DNA from: Octopus vulgaris
Lineage: Eukaryota
Assembly (NCBI GenBank): GCA_951406725.2
Contig: OX597822.1
Coordinates: 24,242,001-24,306,000 of the forward strand
Length of the DNA: 64,000 nucleotides
Direction: 5' to 3'
Shown: in pieces, positions 27,392 to 40,185 of the stretch
How the letters are laid out: the number at the start of each line of letters is the position of its first letter
Numbering within the stretch: the first letter of the stretch is position 1
Made by a program: the position numbers and the translations under genes
Notes under the pieces: generated by a model
Database searches by the model: none
Told to the model about the DNA's origin: nothing
Seen by the model: only the letters and a program-made list of their open reading frames with translations

Positions 27392-28766
27392 GAGTATGCA
27401 CATAAATGTGAAATAAGGTAGAAAAAAAAGAGTAGTTCAATAATGAGGCACTAAACGAGAATGACTCTTCCCAGACACAATAAAATAAGCTTCAACACAC
27501 AGATTCATATAAAGAATCTTGCAAACCAAATACAAAAACGAAATATATATATATATATATGATGGGCTGCTTTCAGTTTTCATTCTACCAAATCCACTCA
27601 CAAGGTTTTGGTTGACCTGGGGCTATGTTAGAAGACACTTGGTAAATGTGCCACACAGTGGGACTGAATCCAGAACCTTGTGGTTGGGAAGCCTGTACCA
27701 GGAGATATTTGGAAATACTGTTTCAAAAAATTTGTCACAGATCTAAAGCACAAACAGGAATCTCTCCACCATTTTGTTTTTCTTTCAGCTAGCCATCATT
27801 AAAACGCTTCTTGTCAACTGACAAACTGTCACCGTCTACACTAAAAACTTCACAGTTTATAAAAGCATTGTTACATGTCTAACGGGTTCATTGGCAACTA
27901 ATTTAACTTAGTTGACAAGCGTTTGTCACAGAGAAAGGGAAAAAAGGAAAAAGCGGTGACTAAAATTCTATGGGAAGGACAGGCACTGGATAGTTAGTTA
28001 TGCCTCCCATTAACACACACACACACTCACACACACACAGATGTGAGGAACTTAACAACCGGGTTATAATTGGTATGAAATTTCAGAAGCGAAAGTACTT
28101 GTATCATCATGGTGCAGTAATGTAAGCTGTCAGCTTTAAGAATGCAGGACAAGAAGGAAAGAAAATAAATTACATCACCACTATCATCATCATCATCAAC
28201 ACCACCACCGCCACCACCATTCTCTTTGAAACCAACATCAACATAACAACTAGTATCACTTTAATTGTCAAGGACAACTTCACCGAATTCTTGTAAAATA
28301 CAGGGTAACTGTCTCCAAGTGTGAAAAAGCTATGTTTGTTCATTTGTTTGTTTCTTGGTTTGTTTCTTTGTTTTTTTGGTATTTTACAAGGGATGGGACA
28401 AAACCGTTTCAATTGCATTATACAATATTCTTTCACTCCCTGAAGAGTTAATCTGTAAGAATTAAATCTAACAAACTTCATTTCACATTTACTTAATACT
28501 CTGTCTGTCTATCAGCCTTTTCTCTCTCTCTTCCATCCTCCCCCTCTATGTTCTCATCATAATATCAAAACAGTTTAACACTAGACTGAAGAATTACTCA
28601 ATACTTTTTTTCTTTTTTTTTTTTTTGTATAGTACAGAGTTATTAATTTTTACAAAGTAAATGTTGATAGAGACTTCAAAATTGTTGCCTGCTTGCCATA
28701 ATTAGACTGATAATGACAAGCAAACTGAAACTGCAAAGTCACTGTTAGCCATCTCCTTGTAAAAGT

Positions 28767-28810
<44 letters not shown>

Positions 28811-28811
<1 letters not shown>

Positions 28812-29004
28812 TTTATTTAAAAGCAGCAGAAATATAACAAAAACTGTTACTCAAAGTTTCAGGTTCCCGTTCGCCGGACAGATTTTGTTAAGATAGAACA
28901 GAAATAATCATATAATCAAAACTAGTTAAAGGATACACTGACAAGCGGGAACGTGAAACTCTGAGTAACAGCTTTTGTTATATTTCTGCTGCTTTTAAAT
29001 AAAG
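28811..29004. ncRNA. Inverted pair of hammerhead-like motifs in a Penelope-type foldback
   Basis: Right arm CTGACAA-GCG-GGAA-CGT-GAAAC-TCTGA-GTA-ACAG. Left arm (reverse complement) CTGT-CCGGCGA-ACG-GGAA-CCT-GAAAC-TTTGA-GTA-ACAG. Together they imply CTGT-CTGACGA-ACG-GGAA-CGT-GAAAC..GTA-ACAG. Confidence 0.55.
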
Positions 29005-29275
29005 CATATCACTACTTCTGTATTGGGTATTTGAGTACTCTTATTTTCCACCTTGTTTCACATTTGTGCTTGCTCCGGTATATATATATATATATATATA
29101 CACACAAATTGAGATAGGGGTTGTAAATGCAACCCTCTATGGGATAACGTATATCCAATATACTGCTAGTGAAGTACCCAACAAAGTTAATACATAAATG
29201 TTAATGATTGCGATGCAATCAATTCATTTACTGTATTATATGGGCAAAGGTAAAATGATTTACCACAAATTACTA

Positions 29276-29493
29276 ATACAAGATAAGAAAATGGAGAAAT
29301 ACATCTAAATCAAATATCAATTACCAGATAATACTCAATCACATACTTTATTAAACCACCACATAAGAGACTGTAGGGTTAAATATAAAAAGCAGAACAA
29401 ATCAGTGTGGTGGTTTAATAAAGTATGTGATTGAGTATTATCTGGTAATTGATATTTGATTTAGATGTATTTCTCCATTTTCTTATCTTGTAT
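29276..29493. repeat. Perfect 88-bp inverted repeat with 42-bp spacer
   Basis: 29276-29363 is the reverse complement of 29406-29493. Confidence 0.9.
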
Positions 29494-29564
29494 ATACACA
29501 CACATATATATATATAATCATCATCATCATTTAACATCCATTTTCCATGCTGGCATGCTATATA

Positions 29565-30475
29565 TGTGGTCTGATCAATAAATAACTGGACTGTTGCCAT
29601 AGTAATGAAGCTAAAGCACAAAGAGTAAAGCCACTGGACACAGATTGACCTTGAATTCTGCTGTCCATGTGCACTAAGTTTTAACATTCTAGCTCACTTC
29701 TGCTATTTACACCAGTGCTTGGAAGGAAGGTGTGTAGCATGTGATTGTCATGTTGACCATGACAGAAAGCTGAGCAGAGAATTTGCATCAAATTTTGCCA
29801 AAAGCTTGGCGATACCTGCTCAGAGTCCTAGGCATAATTTTCAGAAAAAAGTTTTCATCTTTCTTGACACAATCAAGGAGATCTTGTGCAACTGAATCCC
29901 GACTGTCTTCTTGGTCAGCTGAAAGCAGTTTTGGCATAAAATGTGCAGGCACGCATCTCATACCCAAATCTTCATTGATTATCTTTTCTACTACATCTTC
30001 AGTGATAATGGACTGAACTGAACCATAACTAATCTACACATCCTCTGATAACTCACAGATGATAATTCAACGATTTCTCCTCACATCTGCGATGTTTTTC
30101 TCAGTTCTGCTGGTTTTGGGTCTCCCAGAACGTTCGTCAATATTGACATTTTTTCGACCATCTTAGAAACGTCTAAAACACTCATACACATGTGTGCGAA
30201 TCATACATTCCTTTCCATACACTTTCTGCAACTTTGTGTAGGCCTCTGAGCAGGTATCGCTATGACAATTTTCTCTGTCATGGCCAATGTGGCAATCACA
30301 CGCTACACACCTTTCTACCAAGCACTGCTGTAAACAGCAGAAGTGAGCTAGAACATTAAAACTTAGTGTGCATGCACAGCAGAGTTCAAGGTCAATTTTT
30401 GCCAAGCAGCTTCACTCTGCATGCTCTAGCTTCATTACTATGGCAACAGTCCAGATACTTATTGATCAGACCTCG
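29565..30475 (-). mobile_element. Internally deleted mariner element
   Basis: TIRs (C/T)G(A/T)GGTCTGATCAATAA flanked by TA. Degraded N-terminal transposase KLQKVYGKECM.RTHVYE.FRRF..GR..DERSGRP...LGMR.V.A.FMPKLL. Confidence 0.85.
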
Positions 30476-30510
30476 TATATATAAATGATGATAAAACAAT
30501 ATGGTGATAA

Positions 30511-30553
<43 letters not shown>

Positions 30554-31399
30554 CATCATCATCATCATCATCATTTAACATCCGCTGGCATGGGTTAGAC
30601 AGTTTCACTGGAGCTAATAAGCCGGAGAGCTGCACTGGGTTCCAGTCTGATTTGACACAGTTTTTACAACTGGATGCCCTTCCTAATGATGCCAACTACA
30701 TCAGGAATGAAATGGGTGCTTTTATGTGCCACAAGCACAAGTACCATTTACATGGCACCAGCAACAACTACGACTCATGGGTGGGTGTCATTTACACAGC
30801 ACTGGCAACAATCACAACTACAATGTACAGGTGTTATTAACATGGCACCGGCAGTGACCATGACAACAATTCAAGATATACATATATATATATACATATA
30901 TATATATATAGGAGAGTTTACGAAAAAAACAAAAGACGAAGACAAGTGGTGTACAAAGCAAACAGATGTATTAGTATAATGCTCAGGAATAGAAAAAGTC
31001 TTTTACGTTTTGTGCCTACGCTCTTCTACAGAAAGGGACACAGAAAAAACAAGGAGAGAAAAAAATGTGTGTAGTGGCTAACGATCTATGCATGGCACCT
31101 TCGCAAGTATCTTCCACTATAACCTGAAGCTGACAAAAGGCCTAGTGAGTGGATTTTGGTAGATGGAAACTAAAAGAAGCCCATCGTGTATATATATGTG
31201 TGTGTGTGTATATATTTGTCTCTCCACCATCATTTGACAACCGATGTTGGTTTGTTTACATCCCTGTGACTTAGCGGTTCAGCAAAAGAGACCAAGATGA
31301 GTACTAGGTTTACAAAGAATAAGTTCTGGAGTCAATTTGTTCGACCAAATGCAGTGCTGCAGCTTGGCCGCAGTCAAAGAATTGCCCTGAGAGAAACGT

Positions 31400-32157
31400 T
31401 GGTCATAAGAAGCATCAAATGCGGTGTGGAAGAGAGGCATGTGGTCATCTGTTATGTATGAATGAAGACAGCTGTGTGAGAAAGTGCCACTCCCTAACTG
31501 TAGACGGAACCTGTGGAAGAGGTAGACCCAGGAAGGCATGAGATGAGGTGGTGAAGCATGACCTTCAAACATTGGGCCTCATAGAGGCAATGACAGGAGA
31601 CCAGGACCTTTGGAGATATGCTGTGATTGAGAAGACCTGGCAACTCAAGTGAGATCGCAGCCACGCATGTCCGGCCCTGTTAAGAATACTACTGATGCAT
31701 TGGGCAATATGATATGCTTAAGAAGACCTGTAGTGTCAAGTAAAATCAACATCATAGCTGTGGCCAGTTCCCCCTGACTGGCTCACATGCCAGTGGCACA
31801 TAAAAAGCACCGACCGAATGTGGCTGATGCCAGTACCCCCTGACTGGCTTTTGTGCCAGTGGTATGTAAAAAGCACCATCTGAACATGGCCAATACCAGT
31901 ACCCCCTGACTGGCCCCCGTACCGGTGGCATATAAAAAGCACTATATGAATGTGATCAATGCCAGGCCCGCCTGACTGGCTCCTGTGCCGGTAGCACATG
32001 AAAAGTATCCACTACACTCTCGGAGTGGTTGGCATTAGGAAGGGCATCCAACTGTAAAAACATAACCTGGTGCAGCCGCTGGCTCCCCAGACTTCAGTCA
32101 AACCGTCCAACCCATGCTAGCATGGAAAGTGGACATTAAACGATGATGATGATGATG
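31400..32157 (+). mobile_element. 5'-truncated RTE-clade LINE (ORF end plus VNTR-bearing 3' UTR)
   Basis: GTCGRGRPRKA*DEVVKHDLQTLGL..AMT.D.DLWRYAV, then ~58-bp tandem units, GGTTGGCATTAGGAAGGGCATCCA, and a (GAT)n tail. Confidence 0.8.
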
Positions 32158-32189
32158 AATATACATTTATATATATATGTATACATATA

Positions 32190-32408
32190 CAGTAACCCTT
32201 CGCTATATCGCTGTTTACCTACCGCAGCTTATTAGTTAAGCTTACATCAATTCTTCTGTGGTGTTGTTTTGCATTTATAATAAAATAACATATATACAAA
32301 TTATAAAAATAATTTTAAAAAAATACAATACTGTTTCTACTTCGAGGATTGTCACCTATCACAGGGGGGTTTTGAAATGTAACACCCATGATAGTCGAGG
32401 GATTACTG
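32190..32408. mobile_element. pogo/Tigger-like MITE
   Basis: TA|CAGTAACCCTTCG...CGAGGGATTACTG|TA. Confidence 0.7.
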
Positions 32409-33741
32409 TACATATATACATACATATACATATATACTGTACATACATATATATATACTGTACATACATACATACTGTACATACATATATATATATATAC
32501 ATATAAATATATATATAAATATAAATATATATGCAGCATGGAATTTTGTCAGTGAATAGGTCACAGTCTCACAGCGACAATAATATTTTGGCAAATTAAA
32601 TTTAAATGTTGAAGTGGATCTAATGGTTTTTGTGTGTTTTTAAATTGCTTATAAACACTTTCCCCGCTGCAATTGTTTATATATACACACACACACATCT
32701 TTGTATTAGTATATATTATGCCCGTTGCAGAGATTTTTATCATGGCTCAGATTTATTTTTAATTAGTTATAGACCAATCTCATTAAACAAAATGCTTTAT
32801 TAAAATAAATGAAGATGTTCCCTGTGAAGTACAGGTCAATCTATTTTTCATACAGCAATATATACATCTATGCACACACACATATATACATACGTATTTT
32901 CACATATACACATACATATATATATATTCATACACACACACACACATACACAAGTTATTTAATAAACACAATATATGCTTTCATGTGCCACTATCAGCTC
33001 CATGCGACGAAAGTGTGCCAGACAGCATTTTTAAACATGTCCAGTACCCTAGCACTAGGGCGCCGGATAAACACGAAAATACACACATACTCTGTTTCTT
33101 GATGCAAGCATAGCTATGTGGTTAAGAAACTCACTCTGCATCCACATGGTATTGGGTTCAATGCCACCACATGGCACCTTGGGCAAGTGTCTTCTACTAT
33201 GGGCTCAGAGTGACCTGTGCATAGTAAGTGAATGTAATAGATAGAAACCATGTTGAAACCTCTTGTATGCATGTGTTTTTATATATGGATGCAGTCCAAT
33301 AACCGAAACAAATAATATATATCTATTATGGACTCTCTTGACAGATGAGGGTTCCTCAACTTTTTGCTGAAGAATCACACAGATTTGTTTATAGTAATCA
33401 AATGCTTGTTTTCACATAAACTCACTCCCTCTGTCAAATCGATATTGTGTGCCGCACATCAGATGTTGAAATGATTGAGCAATGTGAGATGAAGTGTTTT
33501 GATCAAGAACACAATGCACTGCCCAGTCTGGGAATTGAAACCACGATCTCACAATTGTAAGTGCAGCAACCTAACCACTAGGTCAAGCAACTACACATAC
33601 ACACATTATACACACACACACATAGTCAATGTATCATATATCTGAAAAAAGAAGCACAGCATAAGCAGTAATGTATTTATATGAAGTTATGTCTGTCTGG
33701 TCATACAGCGACCAATGGTTTCGTATCCTCAAAAGGCTTTG

Positions 33742-34072
33742 CCCCATGGACGTCTCGTCAGTCTCTAAAAGCAAAATGAAATGGAAAGAGCCCTTGCATC
33801 CAAATGCTACCTGCTGCAAGCATGGGATTCCCTGTTGTCCAATTAGACCTGGAAGGGTCCTTATGATCTAATAGCACCCCAAGGAAAACATCCTGTTCCC
33901 CTCTTTTGGCCCAGATGAACTGGTCTGAAGGAGATAATCTGTCTGCGCTGACCTTGGAGTATTTATTCTTTGGTGACTTACTGACCAAATGACCATAACA
34001 GATCCCTGCCTCCCAGAGGTGAATAGTTACATTTGTCTTCGGCTTTTAGAGTCTGACGAGACGTCCATAGGG
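33742..34072. mobile_element. piggyBac-like MITE, second family
   Basis: ~30-bp TIRs CCC(C/T)ATGGACGTCTCGTCAG.CTCTAAAAGC. TTAA is intact on the right and degenerate on the left. Confidence 0.7.
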
Positions 34073-34133
34073 TTAAACCCTTAGTGGATGTGAAAGCATT
34101 GGTTACTCTGACTAAACATAGACTTAACTAGGT

Positions 34134-34560
34134 ACTCTTACTCTTTTACTTGTTTCAGTCATTTGACTGCAGCCATGCTGGAGCACTGCTTTTAGTTGAG
34201 CAAATGACCCCAGGACTTATTCTTTGTAAGCCTAGTACTTATTCTATTGAGCTGTTTTGCCGAACCACTAAGTTACGGGGACATAAAGACACCAGCATCG
34301 GTTGTCAAGCGATGTTGGGGGAACAAACACAGACACATACACACATGCACACATATACATACATATATATATATATATATACACACACATATATACGACG
34401 GGCTTCTTTCAGTTTCCGCCTACCAAATCCACTCACAAGGCTTTGGTCAGCCCGAGGCTATAGTAGAAGACACTTGCCCAAGGTGCCATGCAGTGGGACT
34501 GAACCTGGGACCATGTAGTTGGTAAGCAAGCTACTTACCACACAGCCACTCCTACGCCTA
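34134..34560 (-). mobile_element. tRNA-derived SINE family A (other copies: 3048-3431-, 9184-9840+, 11139-11460+, 14445-14815-, 18322-18715+, 21454-21837+, 24071-24430+, 50488-50825+)
   Basis: Head GGAGTGGCTGTGTGGTAAG...GGTTCAGTCCC (A/B-box-like), internal (TA)n/(TG)n tract, tail GAAACAAGTAAAAGAGTAA; many copies. Confidence 0.85.
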
Positions 34561-35277
34561 TGTAGTCATTTATTATAAGAAATTGGAGAAAAAGCATTGA
34601 GTAGTGTTAATTACAGAGGAAAATAATATACAATGATGGATGACAACTAATTTTTTTTATTAAAATAAGGATGATGATGATGATGATGATATTATAGAAG
34701 CTGCTGTTTGATATATGAAGACATAAACCATTGACCAAACCCAATGGAAACGTCATGGTAGGAACCTTGCATAGCTGAGGAAGATTTTCCACCCAATGTT
34801 TGATACCTGTGCATGAAGACCAAATATATAATATATAAAGAATTTACACACACACTCACATACACACACTGAAAAATAGTATTAGCTCTGTTTCATAGTA
34901 TTTTACTATTTATAGATTATTGTCTTAATGAAAACTCCATTCATGCAATGTCATACTGTACATAACTGTCTTAGCCAATATTTACTTGGAAACTAAATTA
35001 GCTTATCTAAATAAACTACTTTGTTTCAACAATGTGAAACACTCGAGAAAATTAATTTGAGCTTCTTCAAAAGAAGAAAAAACTGCTACCAAGTTTAAAA
35101 GGTTGTTTGTTACCTACTGGGTATCATGTGCGTGTGTGTGTATGAAGGGAAAAAAGTGAAAATAAGAAAGCTTCTCACAATGCAGAAAGTCTGCATTGTC
35201 AGAAGCTTTCCTATTTTCCCTTTTTCAATATTACAATGCTTCAAGCGAATTACAACACTCTTATAAACATATATGTA

Positions 35278-35324
<47 letters not shown>

Positions 35325-38300
35325 ATGATGATGATATCAACATCAAAATAAAAAGCGTATGGTTATTGTAGTTGTGATACCCATGCCGGTGGCATGTAGG
35401 GCCTCACAGAGGAAATGACGAAGACTGAGACCTCTGAGATACACTGAGATGAAATATATTTCATTGGATTAATGATTATGGATTAACTATGTATTCACTC
35501 ACAGATTTATCTCTGAGTTCTTCATTCTAAGTGGCCAGACATAACTTCTTTGAACTTGTCACTCCAGGAATATACATACATGTAATAATTGTAAACAAAT
35601 ACCAACATCATAAAGTTGTGTCTCTCATTTTCAATCTTCCATGAAAACATGTCTGGACATGATAAAATAACTTGTTACATAAAAACAGATGAGGGTTGGT
35701 GATGGGAAAGGCATAGAAAATCCAAGTGAACTTTTTATCTCAAATGCTTTTTTTTTTTGCATTTCTTTTTATAAAAACATCTGCCATCAAGTTAAAATTT
35801 TCTATTTTTCCTTGATTCTTTTCTTTTTTTTTTGTTACCTATTAGGTAAAAATATAATTTCCATATTTCAGTTAGGTTGCTTTAAAAAATTGTCTTTCTG
35901 TGCAAATGACAAAAAAAAAAGCCAAGAGAATAACAGTTCTGCTAAGTTGTCAACTACCATTCTGTCTTACTGAAGGACAGAAAATGTTTAATTGAAGTAT
36001 TGAGGAATTGTTGCAAGCAAAGAAATATCAAAGATAAAAATCAAAACTCCTAGCTTTTATCTCCAGCAAGTTGAAAGTCTTTAGAAAAAAAGAAAAAGAA
36101 AAAACACCTGCTATTTATTAAGTTAATCAAGTACTTAATTTCCAGCTATTATCAACAAAAAAAAAAAAGACTTTTGTATGCTATTCTCAAGAACAGTGTA
36201 ACACCTGTGGAAATGGATTTGCGCACAAACAGGTAGATTTTGTGGTGGATTGCTACTATTATCATCATTATTATTGTTATTATTCCAGTATTAGGATATT
36301 TCCAGAAGAACAGCTGTTGAAACAAGCCAGGATATATGGTTACTCAACTTGTTAGAATATAGAATATATATGATAACTCAACTTGTTAGAATAGCAGCCA
36401 AATATGGTTACTCAACTTCTTAGAAATAGCAGCCAAATCCTCCTCAAATCATGAAACCCTTTAACACTTTAGCATTCAGATTATTCTGTCTTATGTAATG
36501 CTTATTTATTCACATCGGTTTGAATTAATCGTGCTTTGTCTCATAGCTTTGAGATCTTGATATTTACTTTTAGAATGACATTGTAGGGAAGGTGTGATAG
36601 GCTGGATCTGATTAGTTTAAACATAAAACAGGGCTAGATATGGCCAATTTAAATGCTAAAGGGGTTAAGCATAAATCTGCTTGATAAGGGTTGACTAAAA
36701 ACTGAACAATTGTAACTACAGCACCAACAACCATATTTGCAATTATTTCATTGAATTCTCAAATTTAATAAAATAGAAACCACTTTTAATTCAAAATTCA
36801 TTGTTAAAAAAAATCATTTGTAAAAACTGACACCCCATTGGTTACAATGATGAGGGTGCTTGTTGATCTGATCAATGGAACAGCCTACTCATGAAATTAA
36901 CATGTAAGTGGCTGAGGACTCCTCAGACATACATACCCATAACATGGTCCTTAGGGAGAGTCAATGAGACACAGAATATGATGAGGCTGGTTCTTTGAAA
37001 TACAGGTACTATATCTCATTTTTATCAGCTGAGAGGACTGGAGCAATGTGAAATAAAGTGTCTTGCTCAAGGACACAATGTGCTGCCAGGAATAGACCTC
37101 ATGATCTTACAGTCACCTGCTGAATACCCTAACACTTGATTTTTTTATTTATGCGCCCTTTTCAAGCCAAGCTCATGGGCCCGGTTTCCCGATTTCTGTG
37201 GCGTATGTGTTCCCCACCAGCTGGACGGGATGCCAGTCCATCGCAGCTTTTCTCAAGAAACAGGAAGAAAGAGAGAGAAAGTTGGGGTGAAAGAGTACAA
37301 CAGTCTGCTGCCCTAACCACTGGGACATTGCGCCTCCATCCTAACACTTAGCCATTCATTAAAAAAAAAAACAGAAAAAGAAAACATACTTGATAACATA
37401 GTTCAAGATACACAAGTACAAAAAAATAAAGACAGAATAGTTATGCATGAAATGTCTCTGAGCATAGGCCTACTTGATCAAAGCCTTGAGGTTAAGTTTA
37501 AATAACCGTAATAACAATCGCAGTAAAAAGAAAGTCTATAAGGCAGAGGAGAGACAAATTTGCCCTTTAAAGGGATCTGCTCTATTTAGGGTAATATTCC
37601 AAGATAATCTAGGACCTGCCATATTTGCTGGTGTATATGACATGCCTTTATTTCACAAGTTGCATCATCATCATTTTAACATCCACTTTTCCATGTTTAC
37701 ATGGGTTGGACGAGGTTTAATGCAGCGGATTTTCTATGACCAGATACCCTTCCTATCACCGATTCTTATATGTTTCCTATTTCTTTATTGCCCAAAAGGG
37801 GCTAAACATAGAGGGGACAAACAAGGACAGACAAAGGGATTAAGTCGATTAGATCAACCCCAGTGCATAACTGGTACTTAATTTATCGACCTGGAAAGGA
37901 TGAAAGGCAAAGTCGACCTCGGCGGAATTTGAACTCAGAACGTAGTGGCAGACGAAATACCTATTTCTTTACTACTCACAAGGAGCTACACACAGAGAGG
38001 ACAAACGGATTAAGTCGATTATATCGACCCCAATGCATAACTGGTACTTATTTAATCGACCTCGATGGAATTTGAACTCAGAACGTAGCGGCAGACGAAA
38101 TACTGCTAAGCATTTCGCTCGGCATGCTAACGTTTCTGCCAGCTCACTGACTCTTATATGTTTCCAAGAAAGCTAATATCTCTCTATGGTCTGACATGTT
38201 TCCACAGCATGGAATATTAGGAATGGCATTCATTTACAACAATCACACATTGTCAACACAAGGAGACACAAGCAAACACACACTCACAAACTAATATATA

Positions 38301-39820
38301 CATACATACACCCACACATATATGTATATCTATCTATCAATCTATATATATAGTAGAATGAGAAATAGAAAGTCCTTGCTACAGTATTATATATTTTTTT
38401 TTTAATTAATAGAAATGGGTTTTCTGATAAATTTTTCTACTTTAATAATTAAATGTTTTTACGTTTATCAATATGTGTTGCAAAATTCCTGATATGAAAT
38501 CGTGTGCTGAAATGGATATTGTTTTATTTTGGGATGGTCAATTTTTTTTTTTTTTGCTAAATAAACACGCACTCTTGTTTCACTTACTCAGAGTAAGTGG
38601 AGCAAGAGCACACACGAAAACGAAAAGTGTCACTGAAGAGGTCACAGATGTGTGACGAAAGATTTCCGGACGATGGACATGAGTTAAAATAAGAACAGTA
38701 GTAAATGAATGAAGAACAAAATATATAGTGTGTGTGTTTATTTGGAAAAACAAAAATGACCATCCCGAAATACAACAAACAATATAATTAAATGTTTATA
38801 AACATCTAATTATTAAAATGGAAAAATTATCAGAAAAGCCATTTCTATTCACTTTTTCAAATATGTGTGTGTGTGTGTGTGACAGGTTTCATTTAGTTTC
38901 TATCAACCAAATCAACCCAGAAAGCTTTGGTCAGCCCAAGGCTATAGTAGAAGATACTAGTCCAAGACACCATGCAGTAGGACTGAACCCAAAACCATGT
39001 GGTTGAGAAGCAAATTTCTTAATCATACAGCACCATCTGCACCTATATTTTGTGGAAGAACAAATTTAGTATGTTCCATCATACACCTCTTAAAAGATAC
39101 TTTAAAACGGTTTTGTAAGGGGAAAAATGTATGATTCTGTACTTGTAAATACAATGCTGTGATGGTATAATTGGAATTAAGCGTTGGTGTATCTCAGGCA
39201 ACATGGTTTGAGTATAGTAAGATAACCTGTGGAAGAGGTAGACTCAGGGTCACCAAGCTCTGTCAAGAGAGTAACTGCAATAAATCCATAGGAGTGGCAT
39301 GCATAGTTGCATGATCAGCTAATGAAAGGTTCATTATGATGCAAGCTCCCAATTTAAATTCATGATAATAGATAGCAACAGAGTCATGGGAATCTGTGAA
39401 AGCAGCAGCAAAAAAAAGAAAATAAAGAAATATCTATCATTCTATCCAACTATTGACCTGCTTTTCTGTCTGTCTATTTATCTGCCTATCTATTTTTTAA
39501 ATATATTTCTATATCCATAGACCTTTTATATATCTTTAATCATTTACATCCATGAATTTATAAAACTTTTATATCCATAAAACTATTGCAGAAAATTAAA
39601 CTCCCTCATACCTTCTGGTACTCATTGTTAGATTCTATCTGGTTATATTTTATTTTATTTCATCATCCCTCTCTTATCTTCCTAACCTCTCCTATTAATG
39701 GTATTACTGTGTTATCTTAATATACTGCAATAAAGTATGAAATCATAAATTTATTATAAATAAACTACGATATTTGTGTTCTGTATTTCAATTTTATCTT
39801 CTTTCAGATCAACTGTATAA

Positions 39821-40185
39821 TCTCTCTCTATATAAATGCCAAAATGTCTGTGTGTGTGTCCTTTATACAAATCCACAATTTTTCAGTTAGAGGGCTTGCA
39901 CTTTCTATGGTCATTCAAAACTGTCCAAGGGTGGTCGTGCACATCTTTACATTTCCACAGTCACCCTGCAAAGCCATTAAAAAATCAATAGAAGTGACTT
40001 TTTTTGTGAATTTTCTATCCAAAACCCAATCAAAATGCCCGAAACTTGATACGCCAATTGAATGCCAGTTAGCTGTACGTGATTGGTCAGAGATTTGAAC
40101 AGTACACGCGTGTATGTGTGCACGCACGCAGCTGTATATGCATGCACTAGCACTATGACCTGGCATTGCCAGATCATAGTGCTAG
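39821..40185 (+). mobile_element. Non-autonomous Helitron
   Basis: A|TC 5' end, subterminal hairpin and CTAG|T 3' end; no TSD. Confidence 0.8.

Noticed and set aside
34052-34076. CTGACGAG as a hammerhead core
   Set aside because: No stem II or GAAA box; it is part of a MITE TIR.
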